NCBI GenBank assembly: GCA_000320545.1
Contig: ADNK01003276.1
Coordinates: 115,315 to 179,314, forward strand
Reading direction: 5' to 3'
Length of the DNA stretch: 64,000 bases
Source of the DNA: Bigelowiella natans CCMP2755
Taxonomy: Eukaryota; Protista; Cercozoa
This document shows positions 1 through 13,045 of this stretch, one piece after another. Under the pieces are notes generated by a model, which saw only the letters and a program-made list of their open reading frames with translations, was not told the DNA's origin and did no database searches. A program made the position numbers and the translations under genes. Each line of letters starts with the position of its first letter. Position 1 is the stretch's first letter.

Positions 1-116
1 TGCGCGTATCCTGCTAGATGGCCACTACTCAAATATAATATCCAGAATTGTAGCATGGAGAGAACGAATCTGCTGATATACTTAAGTCATCTCGTGTCGC
101 GTTTTCTAACAACTAG

Positions 117-3100
117 GGTGGCAACCTCTACGGACAGATAGGAGATGGTAAAACTAATGCCAAACCGATTTTCTCTAAACCCAAAATTGATAGTAGAATC
201 TCTGCTTCGTTGCGTTATAATTCATTCTTAGAAATGATAATAGTAAATGAGAAAATATTGATGGCCAGGTACTCAAACACATCGACCGACACCCGTAGCT
301 GTGTCATCGCTTTCAAATGTGAGTTTCTCTCATTTTTTATTTCTTCTCTCCCCCCCCCCCCTTCCCTCCATTCAAGCAAGCAATTTGGTTTCATCTAATC
401 GCTGTCTGTCGCTGTTTATCCGTCGATATCTGTTCTCCACCAACGTCGCAAACCGGCCTAAGGCCTCTTATCACCAAACACCCTTCGCCAGCATTGCCTA
501 CAGCTGACCGCAGAAACGCCTGAAACCCTTACTTACAGGTTTCTTTTGTCACTGGTGGGGGTTACCACACGTGTGCAATTCACTCTGGTGGCAATCTCTC
601 ATGTTGGGTAAGAGCCAACTAGATCTTTCGATGAAAGAAGTTTCTGCATAGCTCGTCCTCGTCGTCGTCCTTCCTCCTCCTCCTCCTCTCCCCCCTCCCC
701 TCCTCTAAGCTACTTCTTTGAATAGGGAAGGAACACATGGGGGCAATGTGGCAACGGAAGAATGATATCCGCCGAGACGACGCCACAACATGTAATATTA
801 ATCGAAGTGCTACAACCATCTGAGGATGGGGATGGGCCCTTGATGCAAGACCTTCTCTCTCGTTTAAGTCACACGAGTCCGCTCTGTGGTAAACATATGG
901 CCGATTAACCACTCAATCTAGGAATAACTATATAGGTACCCCTCCCTGCTGCGGCCACGAAAGTTGCTTTAGCACGTGCTGTGTCGTGTGCCCTTCTTTC
1001 CACACAGAGGTGAGTGCTTCTCTGTCCAATCAGCATTGAGATGAACCGACTCGCGTTGGTTAGTAGATTGGGGAGTTGAGAGGCTGAAAGCATCAGGCCA
1101 ATGGAATAGAGGAGATACAACCTTGCGTGCAGAGTCGGCACGTGCTAGAAGGCCTTTTGTGTGCTGAGCCCGAAAACAACGAATGTTATTGGGCGAAATC
1201 TTCGGCATTTCCATGCATCTACTAAACAAAATCCATGGCTCTTGATAGCGTTTGATTGGCTTTTAATGCCTATATGCCTTTTCACCAGAATTATGTGCTG
1301 GGGCGAAAACACCTACGGCGTTGTTGGAGATGGTACCTATATCAATAGGACTTCACCTAGGTGTGTCACCAACCAATAATGCCATCTTACAGTAGATAGG
1401 TTACTACTGCTATCGTCAATCTGCACTTCCTTTCGGCTATCAACTCTCCTATCCTATTTGCACGCATGATCATCTTACATTGGTGGTCGCTGGAACACAT
1501 TATTTCCTCTGCTTGCTGCGCAGATATGTTGACGTCTCGTCCAGCGAAAGATTTTCCGACATCTCGGCTGGGTTTCACCACATTTGTGCCGTCAAAGCTG
1601 ATGGTCCGTCTTGCGAGGATTGATTCCGCAGTTTATCAATAATGAGTAGAAGGCGGCGTGTAACTGATGAGATGCTCGTCAATAGGTTGTGGGATTATGT
1701 GCTGGGGCTCAAACACTTTTGGACAACTGGGTGTTGGCAGTAATACTGCTCAAAATAAACCTGTGGGAACGCTAACGGCTCACTGGTAATATGCCCTACT
1801 CTCTTTGGCCATCAAGCGGTTACAAAATCTACTACATTTCATGAATGTGCCTTGCAAGGTTCAACATGCGTGTTTACGTCCAGGAATGTACACAACACAA
1901 ACATAATTATTCTCATGGATTTGCTGTTAGAGCAGCTGCTTCACACATGTGTGAGGGATAGAAAAGATTGAATGCGCACCGAGAGCAACAACAATTTTTG
2001 GGAAAGATTCCAATTCCATCACTTCTGCATTTGTCGTCAGTATTACTCGGGCCCCCACAACGTTAACGCCAACGATATCACCACCCACGACTGCCAATCC
2101 GACCACTACTTCTCCTTCATACAGCCCATCCACTGTCAGTCCATTAACATTCTCGCCCACGAAGGTAATAAGCCAACTGGTACTTCTCTCCTCCGTAAGA
2201 AAACCATAAAATACGGGACTAGTCGGGACAAATAAAACGCGTAACATGCACACAACACATAACGGACACAGATGTGCACCTACCAGTAGCTGGATTCAAT
2301 TCCATTCTCATAATTGATAAAAACAAATGAAATAGAACAGATAATAGCCCACGCTTTTTCTGTGTGCGTGTGAGGCAGGGAGAGAGAGGAGGGGGGAAGG
2401 AGAGAAGAATGTAGATTGGGAACACCTGCGGGCAGTGTTGTCCCTGAATTCAAGTTAAATTAGAAAGGGAAAGGGAAATGTAAAACTCGATTTTCTTCTT
2501 ATTATTATTGCAGTTGGGGCCTACACCTATTTCAGCGCAGTTTTCCGACACATACCAATCAGTGCGCATGAGTTTCCACCGCAGTACAAACCAGCCGGTT
2601 GAACTGACCCTGAAAGCGACCTGCGATGCTCTACTTCATCCTTCTTCCGTGGCATTACTCGGCACAAATTACGGGTGGTAAGCTGTTTACGATGATGATG
2701 ATGATGATGATGATAATGCTGAGAGGGAGATCATTAACCATGTGCGTTTATTTCGTGCGTGATTCCTCCCTGCGGCCGCTTTGTGATGATTCTGCTGTCG
2801 CCTTCCTTCCTATGATGTTCATCTCGGTTGTTCTTCGGCCTTTTGGTTGTCACCACTTTACACTATTCTTCCACCTTGTCATTCCGTTCTCAACTGTCGG
2901 CAACACGCAGGTGCTATTGGGAGGGCCCGACAGTGTTTGTTGTCACGCTAGGGGATGGCTTTCTTCTCGTTCCGGGAAATACGCTGACTCTCATCCAGGA
3001 CACTATCCAGGCCGAGAACAATGCGCTTGAGAGAAATGGCGATTCAGCAGTGGTAAGAATTGTCATTATACATGTGGAGTTACTGATTGTTCACAGAGGG

Positions 3101-3254
3101 CGAGAACCAAACGTAGTAGAAACAAAGTCTACTACTTATTATTCATGAGAGATAGTAATATATGTTTGCGGAAATAAATCATTTTCTTCCAGTTGCCACG
3201 ATACCCTGAATCACTTGTTTCTCCAATATCCTCAATCTCAACCCCCCCCTCCCC

Positions 3255-3299
<45 letters not shown>

Positions 3300-3663
3300 G
3301 CCCCCCCGCACTCCAAATACAAACATCCCTTTACTGTTCTCACTTCCAACTTGGAAATGTAGTTTTAACAATATTTACTTTAATTCAAGGTGGTCTCTCG
3401 CGCATCGACGAATATTGACGTGAGCGTCGTGATTGTCGGCGAAACGGTTTTTGGAACGTGTGGCGGCGTGGCGGAATTGACGGCGAACGGAGAAGGATCG
3501 ATTGCGAAGCCATTCACGTGAGATATAGCTGCTCTTCTTTCCATTTGTGGTGTTAGATATTTGAGTAGTTTTCGAGATAATGCGAGGAGGAGGACCGTTC
3601 TTTTTACTAGAGGATTTTGATTCCTATTAGTGTTGGTTTCACACGTTGATTCTCTTTCTCTCG

Positions 3664-3707
<44 letters not shown>

Positions 3708-5627
3708 GTCTCTCTCTCTTCCTCGCTTCCTCTCTTCCTGCTGCCACTTCTTATAACCTACATAGTCTTATGCGAATTGTGTGTGAGCGACACTTGTGTG
3801 CTGTTTACGTGCTTATGCGTGTGTGATGGACGTACGTGCAATGGTATGTAGTGTGATTACGTCAACATATATGCACCTAATACAGATATACCTGGTATAT
3901 CGTCAACAACACGGGCTTGGACTGGGAGAAATCTCTGAATGCCCTCGCACAGCAGACGACGACAAGCGTCCTCACTCTCAACGGAAGTATGATCCCGCTG
4001 GGAGAGAATGTGACCGTTGCGGTGTCGGTCAAAAACTGGCTGAACGACTCTGCGACATCGCAGCTTGGCTTATTGAAGGTAGTGGTTGATATTTGTGTGT
4101 CTCCCATCCTATCGTTTTCTTCACTTATGACCCATTATCATCATCATTATTAATTATTATTATATTATCATTGGCATGCTGGTATTTTATCGACAACGAA
4201 TATTTACCTGCACCAAGGTTGGCGATGTCGTCCCATCACTGACTCTTCCCAGCTCAAGCAATCTCACAACAAGAAGGAGCCGAATAACAGACATTAATGT
4301 GCAGGTAGTAGTAGTAGTAGTAGCCCACTGTATTCCAAGCACAGATCTTTAAAGGAGAAGCGTCTTCCTTGCGATATTTTTCCACGTCCAAGGAGAAAAG
4401 CGCGGTTGCAGGACACTGCCCGCCACATACAAATATTGGGTCGTTTTTTACGCTCATCACACCTATCGAATTTAGAAAATGTTGCTTTGTCCCCCCCCCT
4501 CCCAAGGTCCGCACGCCGAAATGCATCCCAAACCTCCGCGTCGACGCGTTCTGGTCCCAGGTCGCAGGGCCCCATGCTATTTCGATGACGGACGCGCGCT
4601 CTGCGTACCTGCGCATCCCAGCTTTCTCGCTCGACGTTCTCGCCACGTACCAGCTGCGGCTTGTGGTCAAGGCTGTGTCGCGGCAGACAAACGCCACCCT
4701 AGGCCAGCAATCGGTGGATTTCTATCTGAAGGTTGAGAACGAAGATCTCGAGGCAACGATTGCCGGAGGTGCGTCGGTGTGCGCGTGCGGCTACACATGC
4801 GCATGTATGAGTGCGCGTGTCGTGTGTCCATGACTGCAGGGCTGGAGAGGGGGGCGGAGAAGAAAGCGGGAGATAAAGAAGCCTAAAGCCGTAGGAGAAT
4901 GATTGATGTTTATTTCTACAGTTTCGTTTCACCCCCTTTCACTAGCTTTTCTTACTTTCTTTCTTTCTTTCTTTGAATTTTCCCATTCTTCTCCTAGGTT
5001 CTTCTCGCACCATCCCAGTGTCCGGAAATGCGTACGATATCAACTTCGACGCGTCGGCCTCTACCGATCCCGCCTACCCCTTAGCAGCATCCGGCCTTTC
5101 GTTCAACTGGTCACTGTTCCAAGTCGTCTCCTCCTCGCTAACTCTCGTAAGTCTGAGCTCATCCAGTGGTGCTACTTTGTCCCTTTCCACCGCTCAACTC
5201 AATGCTGATAGGTAGTTGAAGAATCATCTCTCCATTACCATAAGAAAGAGAGAAAATAACATAAAATCAGAGCACATCGTTTGAATGTCCAATCCTCCCA
5301 TACACATCCTTCGTCTTCAATATCCATCTTTTCCTCTTCAGTGAATACTTAATGCGAGTGAGCGTATCCACAAATCGCTCGCAATCGATCACAGCGGTGG
5401 CGTCGCAGACTATCATCACAACATCTCTTCCAGCACCAAGGGTATGTAAGCCTAACTAGCAACATCTAAAGTGAGACGATGACAGAATAAGCGCAGTTGT
5501 TGAAGTATGGCTGTGGACAACAACAGTGGTTTCATAAGACGTTTATGCGGGAGAAGGAGAAGAGGGAGAATAGATGGGAGAAAGGGGTGGGTGAATATCA
5601 TGAAAAGAGAACGTTTTGGGACGAATC

Positions 5628-5685
<58 letters not shown>

Positions 5686-6164
5686 AGCGATTTACCCCTT
5701 GCCTTGCCCATTTCATGTATTTGCCTCTCTCAATTGGCAGGTTACACTCGGTGTCAATCTCGATAAAAGAGTTCAAGATCCGCACAAGAAGCTGGTGCTC
5801 AATGGAAGAGCTGTGCGCGACGACAGCACGAGCGGCAATGACGATCCATCCCTCGCCCTCTCATGGTCAAGTGACGCAACGGATTTTAACATCTCGGATC
5901 GCGCCAACTTGAGATCGGCAATAGATGCGAGAGATCTGGTCATCGCACCGAACGTGCTCATCCCGGGGAAAACCTACAAGTTCACCGTCCAGTCTACGGT
6001 CTTTGCAGGGGGAGCTGCGGTAATTTGCTTCAATAGCATCGCTCCAAAACACACATGTTGTGTTTGTGTTTGCATGCCAAGTGTGGCGACAGACCCACGT
6101 GATTTGAGCTGAGCAGCTTCCCTTGCCCATTAAGTAGTACTACTTACATTGCTGCTGTCTAAAA

Positions 6165-6213
<49 letters not shown>

Positions 6214-6817
6214 CTCTCTCTTCTACCTGCAGGCCGTCGGTTCCGCATCCATTTCAGTCCGAGTGAATTCCCCTCCAGGATCAGGCTCCTGCGTGTCATC
6301 TCCAGATGTAGGCGTCGCCTTTGAAACCGATTTCATCCTCTCCTGTGAAGGGTTCGTAGATGATGCGGAGGACCTTCCCCTTCGCTTCAAGTACCAATCC
6401 GTCAACGGCGAGAACGCGGCAGCCGCACTCGCCAGCCCGGCCACTTACACCGCGACCCAGAGCTCCACATACCTAGACATCTGCAGGTTTCGTGACCTCC
6501 AGTCTTACAAAACAAAGCTTGCAGCTCCTCTTGGGTCCTCCTCCCCGAGGCTGCTGGTAAGGGCCATCGTGAGTGATAATCTGGGTTCGGAAGGCTACTA
6601 TTACTTCGCAACGAACGTTACGCAACCGACCACTCTCAATCTCACCAAGTCGAATCGTGCGTTGACCGAGCGACTGGAGGAGGGCGACACGCAGTCGTTT
6701 GTGGCAGAAGTGGTAAAGATTCCGGAAGGGGTGGGGGGGGAGGGGGGGGGGGGGGTGGACAATAAATCTTCGAGCGATATCTTACGTTTGTGCCGCGCTC
6801 TTCTCCTCTCACTCTCA

Positions 6818-6863
<46 letters not shown>

Positions 6864-8019
6864 CCATATCTTCTGTCTCCGACTCCTTGCGTGTGAACAA
6901 ACACACGTGCGCACACACCCACATACTATCATACCGATGCAATATGATATATGCATGTCGCACACTTGTGATAGGCCGCACTTGCATCGTTCCTCTCGTC
7001 GGATTCTGGTGTGGCGCAAACTACTGACTCGTCCGCAGCAGACGAGCGTGAAGAGCTGCTAAACAAAGTCGCGAGCGTCTCAGTAACCAATCCCTCGAGT
7101 GGGGAATCATCGGCCTCCTCCTTATCACCTCCCGTTATCGCCAGCTTGGCAGAATTCCTCACAGCCTCTTTTCGCCCCGCTGAGATCACCACAAACGTGA
7201 AGTCCAAGACGCTGGATCTCCTTGGGACCGTCACGAATTCGTTCGATGCAAGCTCAACTGCAAAAGCAACTGGAGACGAGGGAGACACTGTAGCATCTGC
7301 TAGCGGGGCTATATCAAATCTGCTCACAGCAGCCTCTAACAATACCGGGACGACAGCCGCGACCAACATGGAGCTTGCGAATGCGGAAAGGCTGGAAAGG
7401 ACACTCTCCGACTTGTCGACGATACTTTCCGTGGGTCTTCTTCCAGGTGATTCTTGTACGTAGCGTGCACATGTGTGCGTTTGGTTGTGTTACTACATGC
7501 TAGGTGGGAAGGGTGAACTGATGGAGGAGGGAGGGGGAGCACACTTGGACTTCATCTGTTTCGGAATCCTCCCTCGCAATGTGGTTTTTGAGGAAACGCG
7601 CACACGCGCACATTCCATTTATTTTCTCTAAGGACCATGCTGACGATTCTCTACCATTGTGTTGCCTTCTCCCCGCCCCCTCCCTTCCTCCTCTACAGGA
7701 GAAGACCAAGTAGTAAAAGGGCAGCAGATTAACACAGGAAGAGCAACCGTTTCTATATCTTCCCGAGTGATGAACCCGGATAGAGCCTTCAACACAACAC
7801 TGACTAGCATCGACGGGGCCACGGTGAGCTTCGAGCTTCTCAACATTTCCTCGTCGGGGGGCGCTACTGGCGTACAGCTGGGATTCATTACAGTTACGGG
7901 GGGGAGAGGAGGATCGCTGTTCCCGTTCACCAGCAACATCACCAGTGCGTACACCAGCAGTCTATCGATAGTAGAAGTCAAGGAAAAGACATTGACTGGA
8001 GGTAGGTGGACGATCCTCC

Positions 8020-8059
<40 letters not shown>

Positions 8060-9306
8060 TTTCATGCTAATGGTAGTAATAATGTGTGCTGCTAGAAGGT
8101 GCTATAGATTTGCCTCGCCCCCGTGCTAGATTTGTGCATGTAGGTGTGTGTCATTCTGCGGTGTCAGTAACTCAATTGCTCCCCTTCCCTCCCCCTCCCC
8201 TTGTGTAACAGTGAGGGAACTTGCGATAGCAAACAAGTCGGTTGCACCGTTTCTCATTCAAGTTCCGACCGATGGAGATGGGGACTCCCTGCCCACAAAC
8301 AGCGATGGCATAGCAGCCGTTCGCCAATGCGTATTTTGGTCTAACGTCACCGGCGGTTGGAGCACAGAAGGCGTCGAGTACAAAGGTAATTGCACCGAGA
8401 TTCGTCAAGACGGGCCTCTGCGAACGAATATACATGTAAATCCTGAAGAAGTATCCTTCCCCCCTCTCCAAATCGTAATAACAATGCTCTTGTCACCAAC
8501 GACTCCTCTTACACAACAGGGCCTAGCGCCGATGGAAACCATAAGTGCGAGTCTAGTCACCTGTCGTCGTTCAGCACCCAGCCGGCCTTCCAAGTGGAAG
8601 TAAACACGTTCTCGGCGAGTGATGCTTCAAACGTCAACGCCTACGACCCGAGCAAGAACCCGGCGATGGCGTTGGCATTAATGCTGATCGGAGTTCTGAT
8701 CCTGCTCTTCCCGCTCACCTATTACATCGACAAGAGCACAGCAAAGTCAAAAGAGCTCATCCTCAAGAACGAGCGAGATTTCTACCGAAGCCTGAATCAT
8801 ACACGTACGAATGCGTGAAAGGCATGCATTAGACCACGACGCCCTAAACAATGCCTTCCGCCCCCCCTTCTTCCCGTACAATTTTCAATCATTCCTTCAT
8901 AGTGCCCCTCCCCCCTCCCCCTCTCTCTCTTCCTCTCCCTCCCGAGAAAAACTAGAAAACCTAGATTAGAAGGATTCAGTGAGAGCTGATCTTACCTATC
9001 TGGTGCAGTAACTTCAAGTTTGTTTGAAAATCGATTTGATGGATACGTATGCTGTGCTGCTGCTAGGCAAGATGCATTACGAAGATCCTCGTTCCCTGCA
9101 AAATTGGAAGGAATCAATCAAGCTTGCCGTGAAGAGGAGGCACCCTTGGCTTTCTTTGTGCATTCGAATGTCCGGGGATTTTATAGACTCGCGGAAAAGG
9201 CTTTTGATTCTTGCCACTCTCACATTCAATGGGGCCGCCGTTTGCGCACTCCTGGTTAGGAAAATACGTTTTCCCAACTATGTCGTGTTGTTTGGTGTTG
9301 TGTGTG

Positions 9307-9346
<40 letters not shown>

Positions 9347-9770
9347 AAAGAAGGAGAGCAGCAGGTCATTATCGTCGTTGTGGTCGTCGTTTGTGTGGAA
9401 GTAGTAACTTTCGTACGAATGACGATAGGTCGGAACGGAGCAGAAGCTGGGGTACATTCAAGGGAACATTGCAACTGCCATTGTTGCGATGTTGATCGGC
9501 TACCCTATACCATACGTCATCACTTCGATATTCGCAAGGAAAACACCACCTAGGTTCAAAGTCAAATTCACACCCGTTGGCCTCGTAGCAGCAATGCCGT
9601 GGTTGCTTTGGGTCGGCTCTATCCTAATGGGGGAGTTTCAAGTTGAGGACGTGGCTGTAGAGGTCGTTTGGGGAGAGGGAAAGTGTGGGTCGGAAATGTG
9701 CTTAATAGAATCATTCACAAAATGTTTTTTCTTGTTTGTAATTATGACACAGTATATATTTAAACCTATT

Positions 9771-9812
<42 letters not shown>

Positions 9813-10379
9813 TGTGCGAACTGTTGTATCTGGATATTAGGATGAAGACGACGCTGGAGCTGATGATGATCCTGGTCCTCGAGCTTTGTTTGTACTTTTC
9901 CTGAGAATGCTGATTTTAAATTCTTCTATTTCGTACATTAATCTGGTCGGCAGCTATTTCGCAGCAGCACTCTTTGCATCCAACACTCCCCATTATCTTT
10001 TCATTCCAAGTGGTTCAGAGATAAGCCGGAATCTCTCTTATTTTCTCCTGTTTCATTTTCCCTACTCTACTTCCAGATCAACGGGATCGTATGGACGACA
10101 AAGACGACAACGATGACGATGACGACGAAGACGAAAAAAAGAATAAAAAGGCCGCAATGGCTGGAGGTGCAGCTGGGGGATTGATTGGAATGTCTGCTGC
10201 TGAATCGTCGAAACAACAGAAACCTGTACGCAAATGACATCTCTGAAGAAAAATTGTCTTATTTTCTCTCCATTTCCTCCCTATGTGGCGCTTTCACTTT
10301 TATTTGTTTAGCATGTGCTAACTTGTGGCTTCAATCCTTGCTCCCGGTAAGCTCAGGTGCAAACTGTTCTGACATCTCT

Positions 10380-10426
<47 letters not shown>

Positions 10427-11238
10427 AGCGGCGGCAGAAGAGCGAAGTCGCGTTCAAGTCCAATCTTAACCTTAATACGTCAGTGCAATCTTTGAACCAA
10501 ATAGACTTGAAAAATCAGAGCACTGTCAGCAATGTGGGGGAAAGCCAACGAATGCTCCTCCGTACCGGCACGAACCTGAACAAAGCTGTGGGAAGAGGCG
10601 ACGACGGTAAGGAGGAAGAAATGGTGCCGATTACGTGCTGCGGAATAATGATTGCCAAGGAACGGGGGAACATTAATTACTCAAAATGGAGTTTCTTGGA
10701 CTTTGTTGGCGCTGCGATTTGTATTGCCGCCGTGGTCGGCTGCGCGTTCATTGTTGTCGTGCTGGGCTATCAAAGCATGGAAGAGGATGGAACTAATTGG
10801 GACATTGTCACATCGGCACTCCTCACATGGCCGCAGGACATCGGAGCACGATTCGTTACGATTGCTTGGCTAGAGGCTGTTCTCACCGCCCCTCTGATAT
10901 TCATATTTTTCCCGTGCTGTGCTGTCTTTGGCGTTTGCAGCTCGGGGACGGGTCGCATTTACTCGAAGCATACCTATACGTTTGATGCAGATGAGGGCGT
11001 TTGTAAACTGGACAAGAATAACTTCGTGACAAGGCTGTATCCTCAAGCGAAAGAGGTGGGGGTGAAAGTTGGATGGCGTGTCATTAGGTTGGCCGATGCG
11101 TCGGTTTCAACCAAACAAGAAACCATCGATCAGCTTCGGAGAATCCACGTGATACATAGGCACTTTGACATCACCTTTGATCCGAGTCCGAAGCGAACAG
11201 AAAGCAAAGCCGCCGCAAAGGGAGCTCCGAGCTTGTGA
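117..11238 (+). CDS. Polycystin-1/PKDREJ-like receptor: RCC1 repeats, P/T/S linker, REJ, GPS, several TM helices, C-terminal PDZ-like domain (multi-exon; 5' end lies before the window)
   Basis: RCC1-like exons: GGNLYGQIGDG (117), GGGYHTCAIHSGGNLSCWG (~555), CWGENTYGVVGDG (~1296), ISAGFHHICAV (~1561), CWGSNTFGQLGVG (~1700). Linker PTTLTPTISPPTTANPTTTSP (~2055-2160). REJ signature VNSPPGSGSCVSSPDVGVAFETDFILSCEGFVDDAEDLPLRFKY (~6263). GPS: CVFWSNVTGGWSTEG (~8328) and CESSHLSSF (8546-8572), followed by TM1. PKD1-like HPWLSL...RKRLLIL (~9141). TGA at 11236-11238. Confidence 0.85.
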
Positions 11239-12932
11239 TGGTGGTGAATGTAGTGTCGCCCATTCAAGCACAACAAGCAGACCAGTTTTCATCAGATGGC
11301 GTGCCATCGTTTGTGAAAGCCACAGCGCTGCGCAGTGTCGTGCAACATGGCGCATCGTGGCATTGCGCGGTCCCCACGTGCATGTCGCCTAGATTTTCAT
11401 TCGGTCCGTTTCGTTGGCTCAAAAATAGTTCTGTGTCTGCATCACAGCACAGACGTGTCGTGGGTCGGCGACATGTTGAGCTTATCAGATGGACTGGGTG
11501 CCAGGGTGTGATGAACACGTCAAAAATCTCAATTGCCGTCCCAATAATGTGACTTCACAAGCTAGCGCAAGGCAGTCTAGCAGAGGCCGCATGTCGCTCA
11601 AATTGCACTCATTTGTCTCTGCCATTGCGTGTCCAATCCATCACACGTGCAAGACAGATGTGATTAATCAATTGAACTTGTTCAATGGTCATGCTCATGT
11701 TTAGATATGGCTGTGCAAAGCGCAGCAGCCACAGCGCTGATGTTGAACCTGTTGGTCTCAGCTGTGATGTGTTCCGTGCAATTGAATGCATGCTGTTTCG
11801 GGCTTGATCATCGCGCATTGCGCGCAGCAGTTCGCGTTTCCTTTTCTTCAGATGTCAGTCTTTTTGTTTCGTCGTCGCGTGTCACACATGATGGCAGTGA
11901 GCTGACTCCTCAAGCGACGTTGATGTGTGACACGAAGTGGACATGACAACCCAGCAACACCAGAACAAGTGGTCCACGTCTTCGATTGTGTTTGCAGATT
12001 GTGCAGTGTGCTTCAGCTGCAGTGCGCAGTCCTCTTGGAGTTTGAAGCTGCCAATGTTGCCAACGCTGCGCACCCATGATGCACATTGCACCCACGCGAT
12101 GTGGCAACACTAGCTAGCTAGCTAGGCAGCTTGAGCCTGTCTCCAGTGATCCGAGACATGCAGGGGGTTGAAACCGAGAGTCTTCATGTGCATGGCTCTG
12201 TTTGCATCGATGTCCATTCGTCATGAAAATCAGACAGCACAGCGGACTTGTGTGTGAATGTGCACATCGTTGTTGTGTCGGACGTGAGTCACATCGTGTT
12301 GCGCGCGCACATTGTGCGTCTCTTTTCACTCTGCAGTTCCAGAGTTGTTGGTCGATCGTTCAGTTTTTCGTCGTCTCTCTACATTGTACGTGGCTGTTCA
12401 TTGTTTGCTAAACTGATGTCACACTTGTTGATGAGCATGCTCTGCTGGGCAGCCTCCACAAATGATCCATGTCGTCGATGATGACAATGCCGCGTGCACA
12501 CGCTGCAGAGACCTTCAGCGCTCTGGCGCTCGTGAACTGTTGCGCATGATGGCGATGGTAGATGATCTGATTTCGTCTTCAGTGATGTCCGTGCTTGGAA
12601 CACATCCAAGTCGTTTCACCAGCACGCGTGCATTGCCCTGTGGTGACACCAGCCGTTCACAAGTGTCGATCGATCCACGCGGTCTCACAGAACAACAACG
12701 ACCTCACATTGCCTCGACTTTGCATTTGGCAATGCAAAAATGGGCATCAATGCGTTGTGACGATGGCTGCCATTCGCTGACGACAACAACCAAAGGGAAA
12801 CCCACCTCCATTTTGCTCATCATCAGTCTGATCACGTCCTGGACGAGTGAGGGGCATTTCATCATGATGGTGTTTGCCATTCATTTGAAGCCGCCGATAA
12901 GCGAGGCTTTCACCTTTGAATTGATCGCATAG
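11239..12932 (-). mobile_element. Decayed, 5'-truncated non-LTR retrotransposon (LINE-like) relic
   Basis: Minus-strand protein-like frame broken by stops. A frameshifted CCHC zf-RVT-like motif CTIC...IEDVDHLFWCC (~11953-12006) is followed by a WTRN motif (~11625). No introns or long microsatellites, sharp compositional shift with TpA loss. The RT catalytic core is not visible. Confidence 0.55.
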
Positions 12933-13045
12933 TCTTGCAGCGTGAACCTCAGTTAAAAAGCAGCACCACGCATCCCCGCCATCGACTTCGGCAATGCTCT
13001 GCCTCCTCGGGGTCTACTACGAGTAAGGTCTTAATCCTCCATGGA

